Shown here piece by piece: positions 45,755 to 57,153 of a stretch of DNA of 64,000 nt; positions within the stretch are counted from its first letter, which is position 1, and the number at the start of each line of letters is the position of its first letter. The notes under the pieces are model-generated. The model was not told the origin of the DNA, made no database searches, and saw only the letters and a list, made by a program, of their open reading frames with translations. The position numbers and the translations under genes were made by a program. Source of the DNA: Neodothiora populina (Eukaryota); the NCBI RefSeq assembly GCF_041146345.1, contig NW_027191404.1, positions 2,418,001 through 2,482,000 on the forward strand, given 5' to 3'.

Positions 45755-48700
45755 CTAATAAGCACCCACATCCCCACCGACCCTGGCCAGCACCTCGAAC
45801 ACTCTCGGCGCAAGCTTATACCTGACGAGTCCCGCGAAAACCATCATATCCTTGGCGACCTGCAGAATCTCAGCCATGACGCCACTGTTCCCCTGCTGCA
45901 CCTCATAGCTCGAGTTACGCAGCACATCGCGCTGGTTGCCGCACGCCGTGATGGTCCAGACTAGAAGGTTTCCGATGTTTCGCGCCACGACAGGCGGCAA
46001 GGTGTTGAATGCCGAGGCATGCGCGCGGATCAGCGATATATTGCCCCTGCTTGCTATGGGCAGGAGGTTCAGGCTGTGCAGTTTGTCGAGCGCCGAAGCC
46101 CATTTCGAGGCCTCGATCAGCCGCTTGGATTCGGCCATGCTCAGCAGCAGGGCGCAGGCTTCGCGGTTTGTCGTCTTGATCTTCGTGTTGCTCAGGGCGT
46201 GAGCTTCGTACAGGTCGCGCATGTTGCGTGTCAGTAGGTATGGGTCTTCGACGGCGGTGAGACTCAGGCTTTGGCCGAGTTCACGTTGCTCGAGCTGCTG
46301 TTGCTGTTGCTGTTCTTGGTTGAAGTCGCGAGGCTTGAGAGGTTCCAGACGCAGAGGTGCGTCGCCAATCTCGACGGCAATGGCTTCGGACAGGGCTTTG
46401 TTGCAGATGCTGATGACGTTGTCGTATTCTTCTGCGAGATGATAGAGAAGAACAGCGTCTGTGACTCGGCCATTGTCGTCTGCGATCTGGGCGGCGCTGA
46501 TGGTGATTTGGCGAAGGAATTGCTCTTCGTCTTTGATGCCGATGAGCTTGAGTCTCTGCTCGATGCTTCCCTTGATGCGTTGGCCATCGCTGCGGATGTC
46601 ACCGAGAAGTTGGGCAAATTCGCGAGTCTCGAGGACAAGTTCACGCAGAGCTTCGTGGCAGAGCTGGCTTTGACGTTTACCTGGCTCACCAGGGACATCG
46701 GCATTCAAGCAGATCAGGGCAAGGTAATCGGCGGCGGCGGTTGTTGCCGAAGCACGGAAAGCACGCGTGTAGTAACCGATAAGATGCCCAAAGGCGATCT
46801 GAGGCTGTTGGCGAGTAGTGTAGGAGACTAGAAAAAATGTTAGTCGACGGCCGGGAAACAAGAAAAAGGCAAGAAGCTTACGTAGATCCTCGGCACTGTT
46901 GAAGTCGTTGACCCTCAGCAGGCCATAGTAGTTAAGCGCAATGGCGAAATGGACTGCAGTCAGATAGTTGTGAGGATACAACCAGGCAACAGCGCTCTCG
47001 AACTGTCCCGCCAGAACTTGCAAGAAGAAATAAGTGCCAACGCCAGCCGCACCCTCGGCACCCTGAACAAAGTGGCGCTGACCAACTTCGTGAATGACAG
47101 CACGAACATCCTCCAGAGCAAAGACCTCGGCTGCTGTCTCTTCGACGCGGTTGACCTCTCGCGCAAGAGCAAACTGCAGCCAGACCCAGTCCTCCATGCT
47201 CTGGTTGACGCCATCGAGACTGCGCCTGCTTAGTTCGCAACGGCCGATGATCTTGTAGCAAGCCATGCGGTACGGATCGAGCGAGCTCTCTGGACCAATC
47301 CTCGATCTTTGAGAGTATTCGTTACTGATTCGAGCCTGCAGATCCTGAGGTAGTCTGTGGTCCTCGCTGCGTGCGTAGCTAGCGAGATAGTTGGGAAAGT
47401 TGCGGTCCATGCTCTTGATGGCTCTCTCGTTCTCGGCCACATATTGAGCAGCCTCGTCGACAAGACCAGCACGCAAGAGATAGAAGATCAAGACCCAGCA
47501 GTAGTCATCGTTGAGGCTTTGCAACTCAACATTCTCAGCACCAAGCTCTTTGCGGGCAGAGCGAATGCGAATGTAACCGCGGACCTTGTTGATGATAGAC
47601 GGGACACCGCCGAGACTGGCTTCTTTCGCATTCCTCGAGATAGTGGATTCGAGTTGTTGCATGAACAGTTTCTCCAGAAACTTCCGAGATCCATCGAGAA
47701 TACGCTTTCGCAGCGCAAAGGCGGCGCGGGAGATGGGCGAGTCATCCAGATAATCAGCAGAGTATTGTCGCTCTTTGACAGCACCGGGGTCTGAGAAGCG
47801 CTCAACACCGGCCTTTTCGCCAACAATCTCAGCAAGAGCTTGGTAAGCGTTCACAAAGTGAGACGTGTCGTCAAGGGAAGGCTGAGCTTCGACATCGGCA
47901 AATTCTTGCAGAATCGGATAGACCTTCTCGGCCAAACGAGACACGTTGAGGCTCTTGACTTTCTCAATGTACTTGGACTGCTTCTCCCGCATCATGCGGT
48001 CCTCAGGAGCTGCTTGCATGCCACCGTTAGGAGCTTTCTCGGCGACATCATTGAAAAGACTCTGGCGCATAGTACGTGAACCAGCGGCACCCAAAACACT
48101 TTTGGAAGCGCCGAAACTGGCGCTGTTGTTTGTGGTCGCGCCAAGACCTCTGCTCCTTCTGCTTGAACGACCGAAAGCGCCCCGGGCAGCTTGACTTGCG
48201 GTTCCACCAAAGTCAGCACTCGCGTCTTCGGTCTTCTTGACAAGGCCGAAATGCTCGTAGATGCGTCTGCGCTGGGCGTCCCATTCCATCTGCACATTCT
48301 CCTCGAGGAAGTTGTCAAAGTCGCGTTTCGCTTGTTCCAGGCCCTGCTCGATCAGATTCAATGTGGATTGACGATAGATGCCCTCGACATAAGTGTCGAG
48401 GTCGGTGTCGAACGGGGTGAGTGTAGGTGCCGCAGCAGCTGCTTTGGTGCTGGGATCTGCAGCAAAGGCTCCAAGATCGCGAAGGGCGGCACCCGTGTTG
48501 ACTCCAGAAGCAGCGAGCAGATAGTGTGCTCTGCTGTCGGCGCCTCTCTGGCTGGCTGTCGGACCACCTTGTCCAATGTTTCTAACCTTTCGTGCAATGT
48601 CCCCGAGACCCAATTGTAGACTGGGCAGCTCGCCAAACTGCGCGACGGTGGATTGGTCGTTTTCTCTCTTCTTTCCGCGTTCCAGCAGCTGGTCAAAGAA

Positions 48701-49363
48701 GGCTGGCTGCGAGCGAGTGGGCTGTGAGGACTGCGTGTTGTTCTGCGGTTGTGCTCCAGCAGCTTGGTTCTGGTTCGTCTGCTGCGTTGCGCCAAAGGTA
48801 GAGCCTCCGAAAAGACTTCCACCAGCGACGGGCTGAGACGTTGCCGGGGCAGGCCTCGACTGGCCAAAGCTACCGAGGAGGTTTCCAGTAGACTGCTGTG
48901 TCTGTGGTGCAGGCTGCGCGGTCGATGCGCCTAGACCGCCGAAGAGTCCACCACCAGGAGCAGAAGAAGTCTGAGGCTGAGCTGTGGAAGCACCGAGGCC
49001 ACCAAACAGACCTCCCCCGGTTCCTGTCGCGCCATTGCTGTTGTTGGCAGGAGCAGTAGACGAAGTACCACCGAAGCCACCGAAGGAGAGACCCGGAGTC
49101 TGTGATTGTGGTTGTGATTGAGACTGGGGCTGTTGCGATGTCTGACCTCCGAGGTTGCCAAAGAGTCCTCCTCCTGTTGATGCACCAGTGTTGCCTTGTT
49201 GTTGCGCAGGTTGTGCAGCAGCAGCAGCAGCAGAGCCAAACAACCCTCCTCCTGTACCTGCCGCCGGAGTCGTCGAGTTTGCGGGACTGCCAAATCCGCC
49301 AAAAGCACCTCCAGTAGTCGCCGGCTTGTTCTGGCCGCCCAGGTTGCCGAATAGACCGGACAT
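45755..49363 (-). CDS. NIC96: Nucleoporin Nic96/Nup93 with an FG/GLFG-repeat N-terminal extension, about 1184 aa, 2 exons (49363-46882, 46827-45755)
   Basis: Motifs LPSLQLGLGDI, RAHYLLAASGV, WVLIFYLLRAG, DPYRMACYKIIGRC, MEDWVWLQF, AVHFAIALNYYGLL and ETREFAQLLGDI. GGGLFG repeats fill the first ~190 aa. One 54-nt stop-free intron (GTAAGC...ACTAAC...TAG). Confidence 0.93.
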   Translation of the reverse strand: MSGLFGNLGGQNKPATTGGAFGGFGSPANSTTPAAGTGGGLFGSAAAAAAQPAQQQGNTGASTGGGLFGNLGGQTSQQPQSQSQPQSQTPGLSFGGFGGTSSTAPANNSNGATGTGGGLFGGLGASTAQPQTSSAPGGGLFGGLGASTAQPAPQTQQSTGNLLGSFGQSRPAPATSQPVAGGSLFGGSTFGATQQTNQNQAAGAQPQNNTQSSQPTRSQPAFFDQLLERGKKRENDQSTVAQFGELPSLQLGLGDIARKVRNIGQGGPTASQRGADSRAHYLLAASGVNTGAALRDLGAFAADPSTKAAAAAPTLTPFDTDLDTYVEGIYRQSTLNLIEQGLEQAKRDFDNFLEENVQMEWDAQRRRIYEHFGLVKKTEDASADFGGTASQAARGAFGRSSRRSRGLGATTNNSASFGASKSVLGAAGSRTMRQSLFNDVAEKAPNGGMQAAPEDRMMREKQSKYIEKVKSLNVSRLAEKVYPILQEFADVEAQPSLDDTSHFVNAYQALAEIVGEKAGVERFSDPGAVKERQYSADYLDDSPISRAAFALRKRILDGSRKFLEKLFMQQLESTISRNAKEASLGGVPSIINKVRGYIRIRSARKELGAENVELQSLNDDYCWVLIFYLLRAGLVDEAAQYVAENERAIKSMDRNFPNYLASYARSEDHRLPQDLQARISNEYSQRSRIGPESSLDPYRMACYKIIGRCELSRRSLDGVNQSMEDWVWLQFALAREVNRVEETAAEVFALEDVRAVIHEVGQRHFVQGAEGAAGVGTYFFLQVLAGQFESAVAWLYPHNYLTAVHFAIALNYYGLLRVNDFNSAEDLRKLLAFFLFPGRRLTFFLVSYTTRQQPQIAFGHLIGYYTRAFRASATTAAADYLALICLNADVPGEPGKRQSQLCHEALRELVLETREFAQLLGDIRSDGQRIKGSIEQRLKLIGIKDEEQFLRQITISAAQIADDNGRVTDAVLLYHLAEEYDNVISICNKALSEAIAVEIGDAPLRLEPLKPRDFNQEQQQQQQLEQRELGQSLSLTAVEDPYLLTRNMRDLYEAHALSNTKIKTTNREACALLLSMAESKRLIEASKWASALDKLHSLNLLPIASRGNISLIRAHASAFNTLPPVVARNIGNLLVWTITACGNQRDVLRNSSYEVQQGNSGVMAEILQVAKDMMVFAGLVRYKLAPRVFEVLARVGGDVGAY

Positions 49364-49752
49364 TGCTTTTTTGGTTGCAAAAACTGGATGGAGTCGGGCG
49401 GTGTTTACATCCAGCTGTTATTCAAGCTGGAGTCGCGCGTCGTGATTGTTGTATTTTTTGAATCGACTTGACTTTGGTACAGGCACAAAAGCTTCGAGGC
49501 GCTCAAGCTGCCGCGCGCAACGTGTTTTGTGGGGAAAGGATGAGATCGACGCTCGCCATAACACTCACCTGCACATACAGTACACTCAGACTTGACTGTA
49601 ACTTCTATATAGTATTGTTCTGTTCATCTAGATTACAAAACATCTCCAAGCCCTTCGGTCTACCATACACTAGTTCACATCCGTCTGTCTCTCGGCATCT
49701 CTTGATCGTGGGAGGGGCGCGTCTTCCCACAAGTCTGTCTGCCTTTGGTTTC

Positions 49753-52136
49753 TCACGGCGATATCGCCTCCCTGACTGCATCAGCCAGTCTTCTGTAGTC
49801 TTTCAATAACTCCTCAATCTCTCCAATCTTGAGCTCCTTGATATCCGTGACTTCCATGAATCGTCGCACAGGCGGCTTCGTTTTCCTCAACTGTGCCAAC
49901 GCCTCCATCGCGCTGAGATCTGCCTCGTCTTTGACTTCTGACTTCGTGCCGTTCTGCTCCGCCTCGCCCTCTGTCGCTTCGCCCTCTTTCTTCTCCGCCA
50001 CTTTCTCCGGCATGTGACCCAGCTGTTTCGATTTCTCCGCTGCCGACGGCACCGCTGCTGGCGTGCTCGCTGCGCTGACGCTTCTCCGAAACCCGCCGAA
50101 ACTTGGCACACTGAAGCTTTTGAGCGGGTTGAATGTGTTCATCAGATTGCCCATCTGATCTGCAGCGCTGGCAGTCGATCCCGCTGGTGACGGCGTGGGC
50201 TTCGCGAGCGGCGACTTGTCAAAGCCCACCCGCTTGCCGCTGCCGGTGCTGATGCTGCTGTCCGCGCTTCTGTCACGGAGACGTCCTCCCACAATACTGA
50301 GCACATCCCTTTCGGGTTTCTCCCGGACCGGTCTGCTCAGGGGATCGTCGATCGTCTCCGACACTGGCGACTCGTGAATGCTGCTACGTCCACTGATGAG
50401 GCCTTCGTCGCCCATCGCTGGCTCGGGGAGCAGTGTAGGCGAACTGATGAGCTTCCTTGCATCCTCCAGTGTCTTGGGCAGAATGACGGGAGAATCATGT
50501 CCCTGGCCCTGTTGCTCCTTCATCTTGCCAAAGAGGAATTTGAAACTGTTCTCCAACGTCGAGTTGATAGCATCGAAGGCCTGGTCGGCCGAGTTCAGAA
50601 GCTCCACCCGTCCCTCCTCGATGCGCTCGGCCTGAGCCTGGATCAACGAGGACAGGCGACGATGTGGGAACGCAGGACGGGGCATTGAAGATGGTGAGGG
50701 CAGCGGCTTGGGTATTTCACCAGGAGTAAATTCTGTAGCCGTAGCTGAAGCCGGCGTCACGCTTGGCGTGATCGATCGAGGGCTCGACGCCCGTACAGGT
50801 GCAGCATCGAACGCTTCCTTGTTCGGCGTCTGTGGCCGACTGGACGATTTCGGTGGTCCTTCAGGCGCTTCATCTGCGCGCAGCGAGGAGAGGTCGACCG
50901 TTTCAAGAAAGGAGATTGCAGCTTCCAGATTGACGAGACAGTAAGCGGCCTCGCCATCCATGCGATTACGCGAGCGGAACAATTGAACAAAGTGCAGATT
51001 GCTGACGACAGTAAGTGACTCGGGGTCGGACATGATCAAGGTATAGATCAGCGTGGGCAGAACCTCATCTGCAGAAGACGAAGAAGGGAAAAGCTGAGAT
51101 AGAGTCTCGACGATGTTCTTGTGAGCTTCGGTCAGCTTGTGTAGCTTTCCCAGCGGATAGTGCTCGTCGTCCATCTGCTTCAAGCTGTCCATGGCGGGAG
51201 CGAGCAATTTGGCGATTCTGCCTTCTTCCTCCTTGGCTTGCTCGGGGGTGGTCTTATCTGTCTCGATGTTTACATGCAGCTCTTTCAAGCCAATGCCGAC
51301 AAGAGCGAGGGCGGCAGTCCGGGATCGTAGTTTGGCGTCTCTCTCCTCGTCGTCGGCGCTCCGGTGGCGGTAGATCTTCTCGTAGATCTTCTCGCAAAGA
51401 CCACGTTCGACGGCCTCCTCGAGTGCAATGCGTTTCTTATCTAGCAGTCGACGGGCCTTTCGACGATCTGCGACCTCGGACGGGGTCAGCATCTGCTGCT
51501 CCCCATCTCCAGGAGATGGCTGGCCCGCGCCGGAATTGCCCCTCTTTCTGCCTATGATGGAGGAAGCCTTGGAGGAAACGGAGGGTGCCGGGGAGTTCTC
51601 ACGTCCGATCCGCGTAGATAGAGTGGCGATGTGGGTGGATATGTGTGACTCGGCCTGGACGTAAAAGTCCTGGAAGAGGTCGGCAATGGCATCGATGTTC
51701 AGGGGAGCGGCGTGGGCCTTGATGGACAGTGACCTGAGGAATCTGTGGAGCAGAGTCAGTTGTGAAGAAAAGGACACGAGACGAGTGGTCGCTACCTGTC
51801 AGTCAAGCTGCGGATCTCGATGGGCAACTGGTCGAAAGTAGCTGGTGAGTCCGGAACGGGCTTCTTGTCCGCGGCGACGGAAGGCGAGTCGAGGGTGTCT
51901 TCATTCTCATCCAAGGTGTCGAAGATGTCGGCGCGATGCGCATTGACTCGTTCGATGTCGGCTATGTCTCGAGCCTCGGGGATGCGGTGGATGGTCGGGG
52001 TCTGTATAGTAGTAGCCCTGGTGCGAGATGGAGATGAAGGCGATGCACTCGAGCTGGGCGAGGCGAGTCTGGTGAAGCTGCGGGAGATGTGCAGTGGCCG
52101 GGGCCTCCGGGGATCTTTCGGTTGCAGGTGTGACAT
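49753..52136 (-). CDS. VPS9-domain Rab5/Vps21 guanine nucleotide exchange factor, Muk1-like, 776 aa, 2 exons (52136-51796, 51742-49753)
   Basis: VPS9 motifs PLGKLHKLTEAHKNIV, SADEVLPTLIY, SNLHFVQLFR and GEAAYCLVNLEAAISFL, plus the C-terminal ELKIGEIEELLKDYRRLA. One 53-nt GT-AG intron. Confidence 0.88.
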
Positions 52137-52905
52137 TTTTGTCTGTTCGGATCAAGTGGATAGAGGGTGAGACAATATAGCTGTGCAATTATAGTATGCA
52201 AAGCATGCAATTGCAACGATACGGCAGACGCGGGCGAGCACACGAAAGCGAATGTGTGGGAGATGTGAAAGTGGAATGACCGACGAGAACCAGCTCAAGT
52301 CATACGAGAACACGGAAACATGCGGACAAGATGGAGTTGGTCAGAGATGAGCGGCAGCAGGAGCAGCAGAAGCGAAGATTGATTGAGGCTGGGATAAAGG
52401 GATGAGATGGGCCTCGGAGTCATGAGCCGTGTGTGCACATGTGTGATCTATCAAAAGGACATGAGGTACGGCAACAAGCAGTGCAAGCGACAGAATAGAT
52501 GCAACAACACGATACAGGGCGAGCAGAGACTCGTACTTGTTGTCTCTTGCCGTTATTAGGGATCTGTTATCAGGCTACCTTTATGGCAAGACGCGGGACT
52601 AGATATTGGCAAAAGTGAGGTGAATTACGACCATATACACTGGCAGACAGCAAGGCCCCTTGACATCAGCGTGATATTGCCGTTCCAGGTTATCTTAAGC
52701 TTTTGTGCTTGTTAGCTGCCCCGCTGCTGCTGCGAAGGCGATGGACTGATGCATACCGTACTGTACCGACGAGGATGGACCCTGACGCGCGACAGTGCTT
52801 GTACAGTGCAGTGCCTTCGTAATGTGCATGCACCACATGCATCAGTGCACTGTAAAGTACTTTACTGGACACAGGATACAGTGCTCTACTTTGCCGCCAT
52901 TTGAA

Positions 52906-52931
52906 GCACCACGCACCACGCACCACGCACC
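52906..52931. repeat. 7-bp tandem repeat (GCACCAC, about 3.7 copies) in the VPS9-gene/ATG15 divergent intergenic region
   Basis: Sequence reads GCACCACGCACCACGCACCACGCACC. Confidence 0.75.
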
Positions 52932-53366
52932 TCATTCAACCTGGCCGATCGACGCCGAGTGAGCACCTGCACTCACAGACTACACTCTGCGACCAGAGTC
53001 GGGAGGGGTTGCGTCATTGTTTGCTTGGTTTGCGACGACGACGGGACGGCGGCTCTGCACGGACGCGACCCCGGATAACCTTGAAGTCGATGGTCCCCAT
53101 GACACTTGCAAGTCGTTGATAAGGGCAGCAGCCTAGGTACCTACCTTATCCTATCTGCACCTGCCCAGAGCCGCATGATCAGGTACTCGTACCTTCCTGC
53201 TCTACCTTGACTGTGTACTCCGTGTACTCCGTACCTGCTTCATACAGAGAGTGGTTGCCTCCCGTTCTTCCATACCGACTTTCATCCTGTCATCTTTTCT
53301 CTTCCTTCTTCTCTATTCCCTTTGATCTGCGCATAATGCTTGACAGTTGCCACACTCTCTTCTAAA

Positions 53367-55291
53367 ATGCGAAGCGTCCCCCACCTACTCACCAACCTCC
53401 TCGCCTTATCCTTCTTCCTCGTCGAGTCCGCCTCCGCACGACGAGAGGGGCAAGGTCCGCAAAATGTCCTGCTGCCACCAGGCACTGTTACAGACCCTCC
53501 CGCTGCGGCGGAGCCTGTTGTGTCTTCTCGCTATCATGATTTTGTGAGTGTTGCCTTGTACCCCAGAGCATGAGTCAACCCAATGAGTCTGAGACTGAAC
53601 TCCTTCCTCTCCAGACGCTGAGACACATCTTCCACAAGGGATCGCATCAATACCCTTTACTCCACAGAAAGACCGACGTGCGACCAGATACAAGAATCCA
53701 AGAGATTGATATAGATGGAGTGTCGTTAGACTTGCCTCGTACCGTGCGGGTCCAGTCAGGTGCAGCCTACATCCAGCGTCTGGCCGATCGATCACGAAAG
53801 AGCATTGACCGTCTACTGGAAGATGGACAGATGCGTGGTGAGGCTGTGTCATTGCCACCTTCGGCATGGTCTGTGGACAAGATCCCTTCTCCGAACATCA
53901 CCGATAAGGAAACAGTTTTGAGCTTCGCCCGCATGGCTGCCAATGCCTATGTTCAGGAGCCCAACACCGGCGAGTGGGAAGATGTCGGAGGCGGTTTCAA
54001 CTACACCGAGGGCTTTGGCTGGCAGTATGATGGTCTGCGGGGACACATCTTTGCCGACACGGAGAACAAGACGATAGTGATTGGCTTAAAGGGCACTTCA
54101 CCTGCTGTTTTCGACGGTGCAGATACTACGGGCAACGACAAGATGAATGACAATCTCTTCGGAAGTTGCTGCTGTGGTCAAGGCGGGCAATACCTGTGGA
54201 AGACGGTCTGCAACTGCCAGACTTCCGCCTATACATGCAACTCGACATGTTTGGTAACCAACTTGCGAGACAAGGGACACTACTACCGTGCTGCCCAAGA
54301 GCTCTACCACAACGTCACTGCGTTGTATCCCAATGCCGATGTCTGGCTGACAGGTCACTCACTCGGAGGCGTTGTTTCTGGCCTTCTCGGCTTGACCTTT
54401 GGTCTGCCCACCCTCACCTATGAGGCCTTCCCGGACGCTCTCGCCGCCTCTCGACTGGCTTTGCCTACACCGCCGGGCTATCATATCGGTCGCCACCAAG
54501 CTCGAGCTCACACTGGTGCATACCACTTCGGCCATACAGCGGACCCTATCTACATGGGCACCTGTAACGCCGCCTCATCCTTCTGCACCATCGCTGGTTA
54601 TGCATTCCAAGGTCAGTGTCACACTGGAAGCACATGTACCTATGACACAGTCGGCGACAAGGGCTGGCGTGTGGCCATTGGTACACATAAGATCAACAGC
54701 GTCATTAAAGATGTCATCGAGAAGTACGACACTGTGCCAGAGTGCACTCAGGACACAGACTGCATAGATTGTTTCAACTGGAAGTTCTTTGAATCAAATG
54801 GCACGGAAAGCACAAGCTCGTCGGTTCCTACGTCTACCTCTTCGACAAGAACGAGGACAGAGACATGCAAGACACCCGGGTGGTGGGGATGTCTGGACGA
54901 GAGCTCGACAGCCAAGACGACGACCATGACCAGTACAATAACCACAACCACCTGTCTGACACCAGGGTGGTTCGGGTGCAAAGACGAACAGACCACGACG
55001 CAGACGACCACTGTGACAAGTCCATCTCCAGCTCCTGCTCCAACAATGCCAACAACCGGACCTTCGGCATCGCCGACGAGCACGGAGAGCACGACGTCTT
55101 CAAGCAGCACAAACACGTGCAAGACACCCGGATGGTGGGGTTGTAAGGACCCGACGAGCACTTCGACCAGCAACACGGACTCGGTCTCGTCCACCAGGTC
55201 GACTTCGTCCTCGTCGACGACGACGACGACGACGACGACGACGCCACCTGTAGCACAGATGCTCGGGGTTCCCGAAAAAGTGGATCTATAA
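53367..55291 (+). CDS. ATG15: Autophagy-related vacuolar lipase Atg15, 617 aa, 2 exons (53367-53543, 53615-55291)
   Basis: N-terminal hydrophobic segment, FTLRHIFH across the splice junction, [38 protein letters not shown], lipase WLTGHSLGG and [12 protein letters not shown], followed by an S/T-rich tail with Cys motifs. One 71-nt intron. Confidence 0.95.
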
Positions 55292-55649
55292 TGAAGACGT
55301 GGGAGGCTGAACACGTCTCACATACATAACGCAACGGAGTTTTCATTTTTGCGGTTGAAGCATATGGGATGGGCACATGGATGGTATGGTTTTGGTTTGA
55401 TTTATCTTGTTTATACGTGTCAACCAGAGTGCTGAGCGAAGCACGCAGAGGTCGGGGCGCTGAGTGGCGATTGGGGATTATTGGCGAATTTTGCTGTAGA
55501 ACTCGCTATCCGCAAATCTGCAAAACAATTGAGATACCTTTGACCATGTTCTTTCCAAGGTCTGTTCCTTCAACTTGTTCTTATAATTGGCTTGATAACG
55601 AGCCATCATTGCTTTTCCATCTATAAATATTCTCGACAGTGAGGGGTAC

Positions 55650-56723
55650 TCATCTCCTCCTGCTCAAACTTCGGCTGCGGCTTCTGCTACGGCTCCTGCT
55701 CCTGTCATAGCTAGAATAACTTGGACTCCTTCTGCCTCTTCCACCGCCTCCTCTTCCTCTGCCTCCCCCACCTCCGCCACCACCGCGGCTCCTTCGAGGT
55801 GGAGGAGTGGGACTCCGAGAGTAACTCCTGCTCCTCGCGCTGTAAGGACTTCCACTCCGGTTTCGCGGACTGAAGCTTCGATCTCTGAGGGCGCCGCCCT
55901 GTCCAGGACGGTAAGAATCCATGTTTTCGTCGCCGTAGCCGCCTCTGCCTCTACCGCCTCCACGTCCTCGGCCTCCAGGCGGTGGGAGGGCTCTGCCACC
56001 ACCACCACCACCTCCTCCACCACCCCCTCCTCCTCGAGGTCCGCCAGCTGCGCCTTCTCTGTATCGTCTCGGCTCACCGAAAGCGTCTCGACCGGGCCGT
56101 CTAGGCTTCGGCGACCTGCTCCATCGTCGTCGCGGCAACACAAGCGACACATTGATCAGTGCGCCATCCAGCTGCGCCTCGTGCATATGCGCAATAGCGG
56201 CCTCCGCATCCGCAGGGGTCGCGAACACAACGTACGCGGTGCCGCGGTTCGTATTGAAGGATCTGTTCATCGGCATCTCTATGTTGGTTATCGAGCCGTA
56301 GTTTGCGAAGATTTCCTGTAAGTGCGCGGGCAGGATGTTCTTCGTGAGTTTCTCGACGACGATTTTGGACGAGCGCGGCATGGGCGGTGTGGCGCTTCTG
56401 GATCGGGAGCGAGATGGGGATCGCGCGTCGCTTTTGCCTCCTCCTCTGCTTCTGCTGCGGCTGTGGCTCGCGCTGCGCGTGTAGCTTCTTGCGCGGTACG
56501 ACGAGCGATTCGTCCTGCTTCCATGGCGTATCGGCGAGCGAGAACGTGCTGGTGTGGGTGAGCGACTGGCTGCGCTTGCTGCTCTGTTTGCGGGTGATCG
56601 CGTTCGGCGAGGAGACACGGATCGTCGAGGTGAGCGCGAGGAATGGGGTGTGTGGCTTCTTGATCTTGTGCGCCCGCGCCCGGGAGAAGGTGAGCGCGCC
56701 AGAGAGGGCGATCGAGACGGCAT
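55650..56723 (-). CDS. SR-rich RRM protein, RNPS1/SR45-like, 357 aa
   Basis: RS-rich domains flank the RRM KIVVEKLTKNILPAHLQEIF...NRGTAYVVF...AIAHMHEAQLDGALINVS, which is typical of RNPS1. RGG/Gly tracts are present. Start taken at ATG 56723 (MPSRSPS). Confidence 0.88.
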   Translation of the reverse strand: MPSRSPSLARSPSPGRGRTRSRSHTPHSSRSPRRSVSPRRTRSPANRAASAASRSPTPARSRSPIRHGSRTNRSSYRARSYTRSASHSRSRSRGGGKSDARSPSRSRSRSATPPMPRSSKIVVEKLTKNILPAHLQEIFANYGSITNIEMPMNRSFNTNRGTAYVVFATPADAEAAIAHMHEAQLDGALINVSLVLPRRRWSRSPKPRRPGRDAFGEPRRYREGAAGGPRGGGGGGGGGGGGGRALPPPGGRGRGGGRGRGGYGDENMDSYRPGQGGALRDRSFSPRNRSGSPYSARSRSYSRSPTPPPRRSRGGGGGGGGRGRGGGGRGRRSPSYSSYDRSRSRSRSRSRSLSRRR

Positions 56724-57153
56724 TGGGTTTTTAGCTTGGGCGAGGCAAGTGGTGGATTGGAGAGATGGGAGGCCAGAGCAATGCACAGTTGTGACGAAAG
56801 CGAATAGTGGTAGAGGTTACGGTGTTGAAGATGCAAAGCAAAAGTAGGTAAATGGCGTAACTGCCTTGACAATATTTCGTTTGGGGAGATGACTTCAAGC
56901 TCCTTCCACTTTGATGCACATCATGTACAAGCGCCAAGACTGCCCTGGCCCTTGGTCCAAGCTCGAATCCTTGCAGAGCAAACAACGTCACAACCCTGAT
57001 GGCCGTCCTGTCACGAGTCACGACCAGTCATGCGTCCATGGTTGCGATTCGTGTATTAGATAAGAGAGAGTATCTGCCAAAACACTCCTCCGCCTGTATT
57101 CCTTGTTTCTGTTTATAGTATCGGTCTTGCACTCGTCTGAGCAGGGCGCAAAC

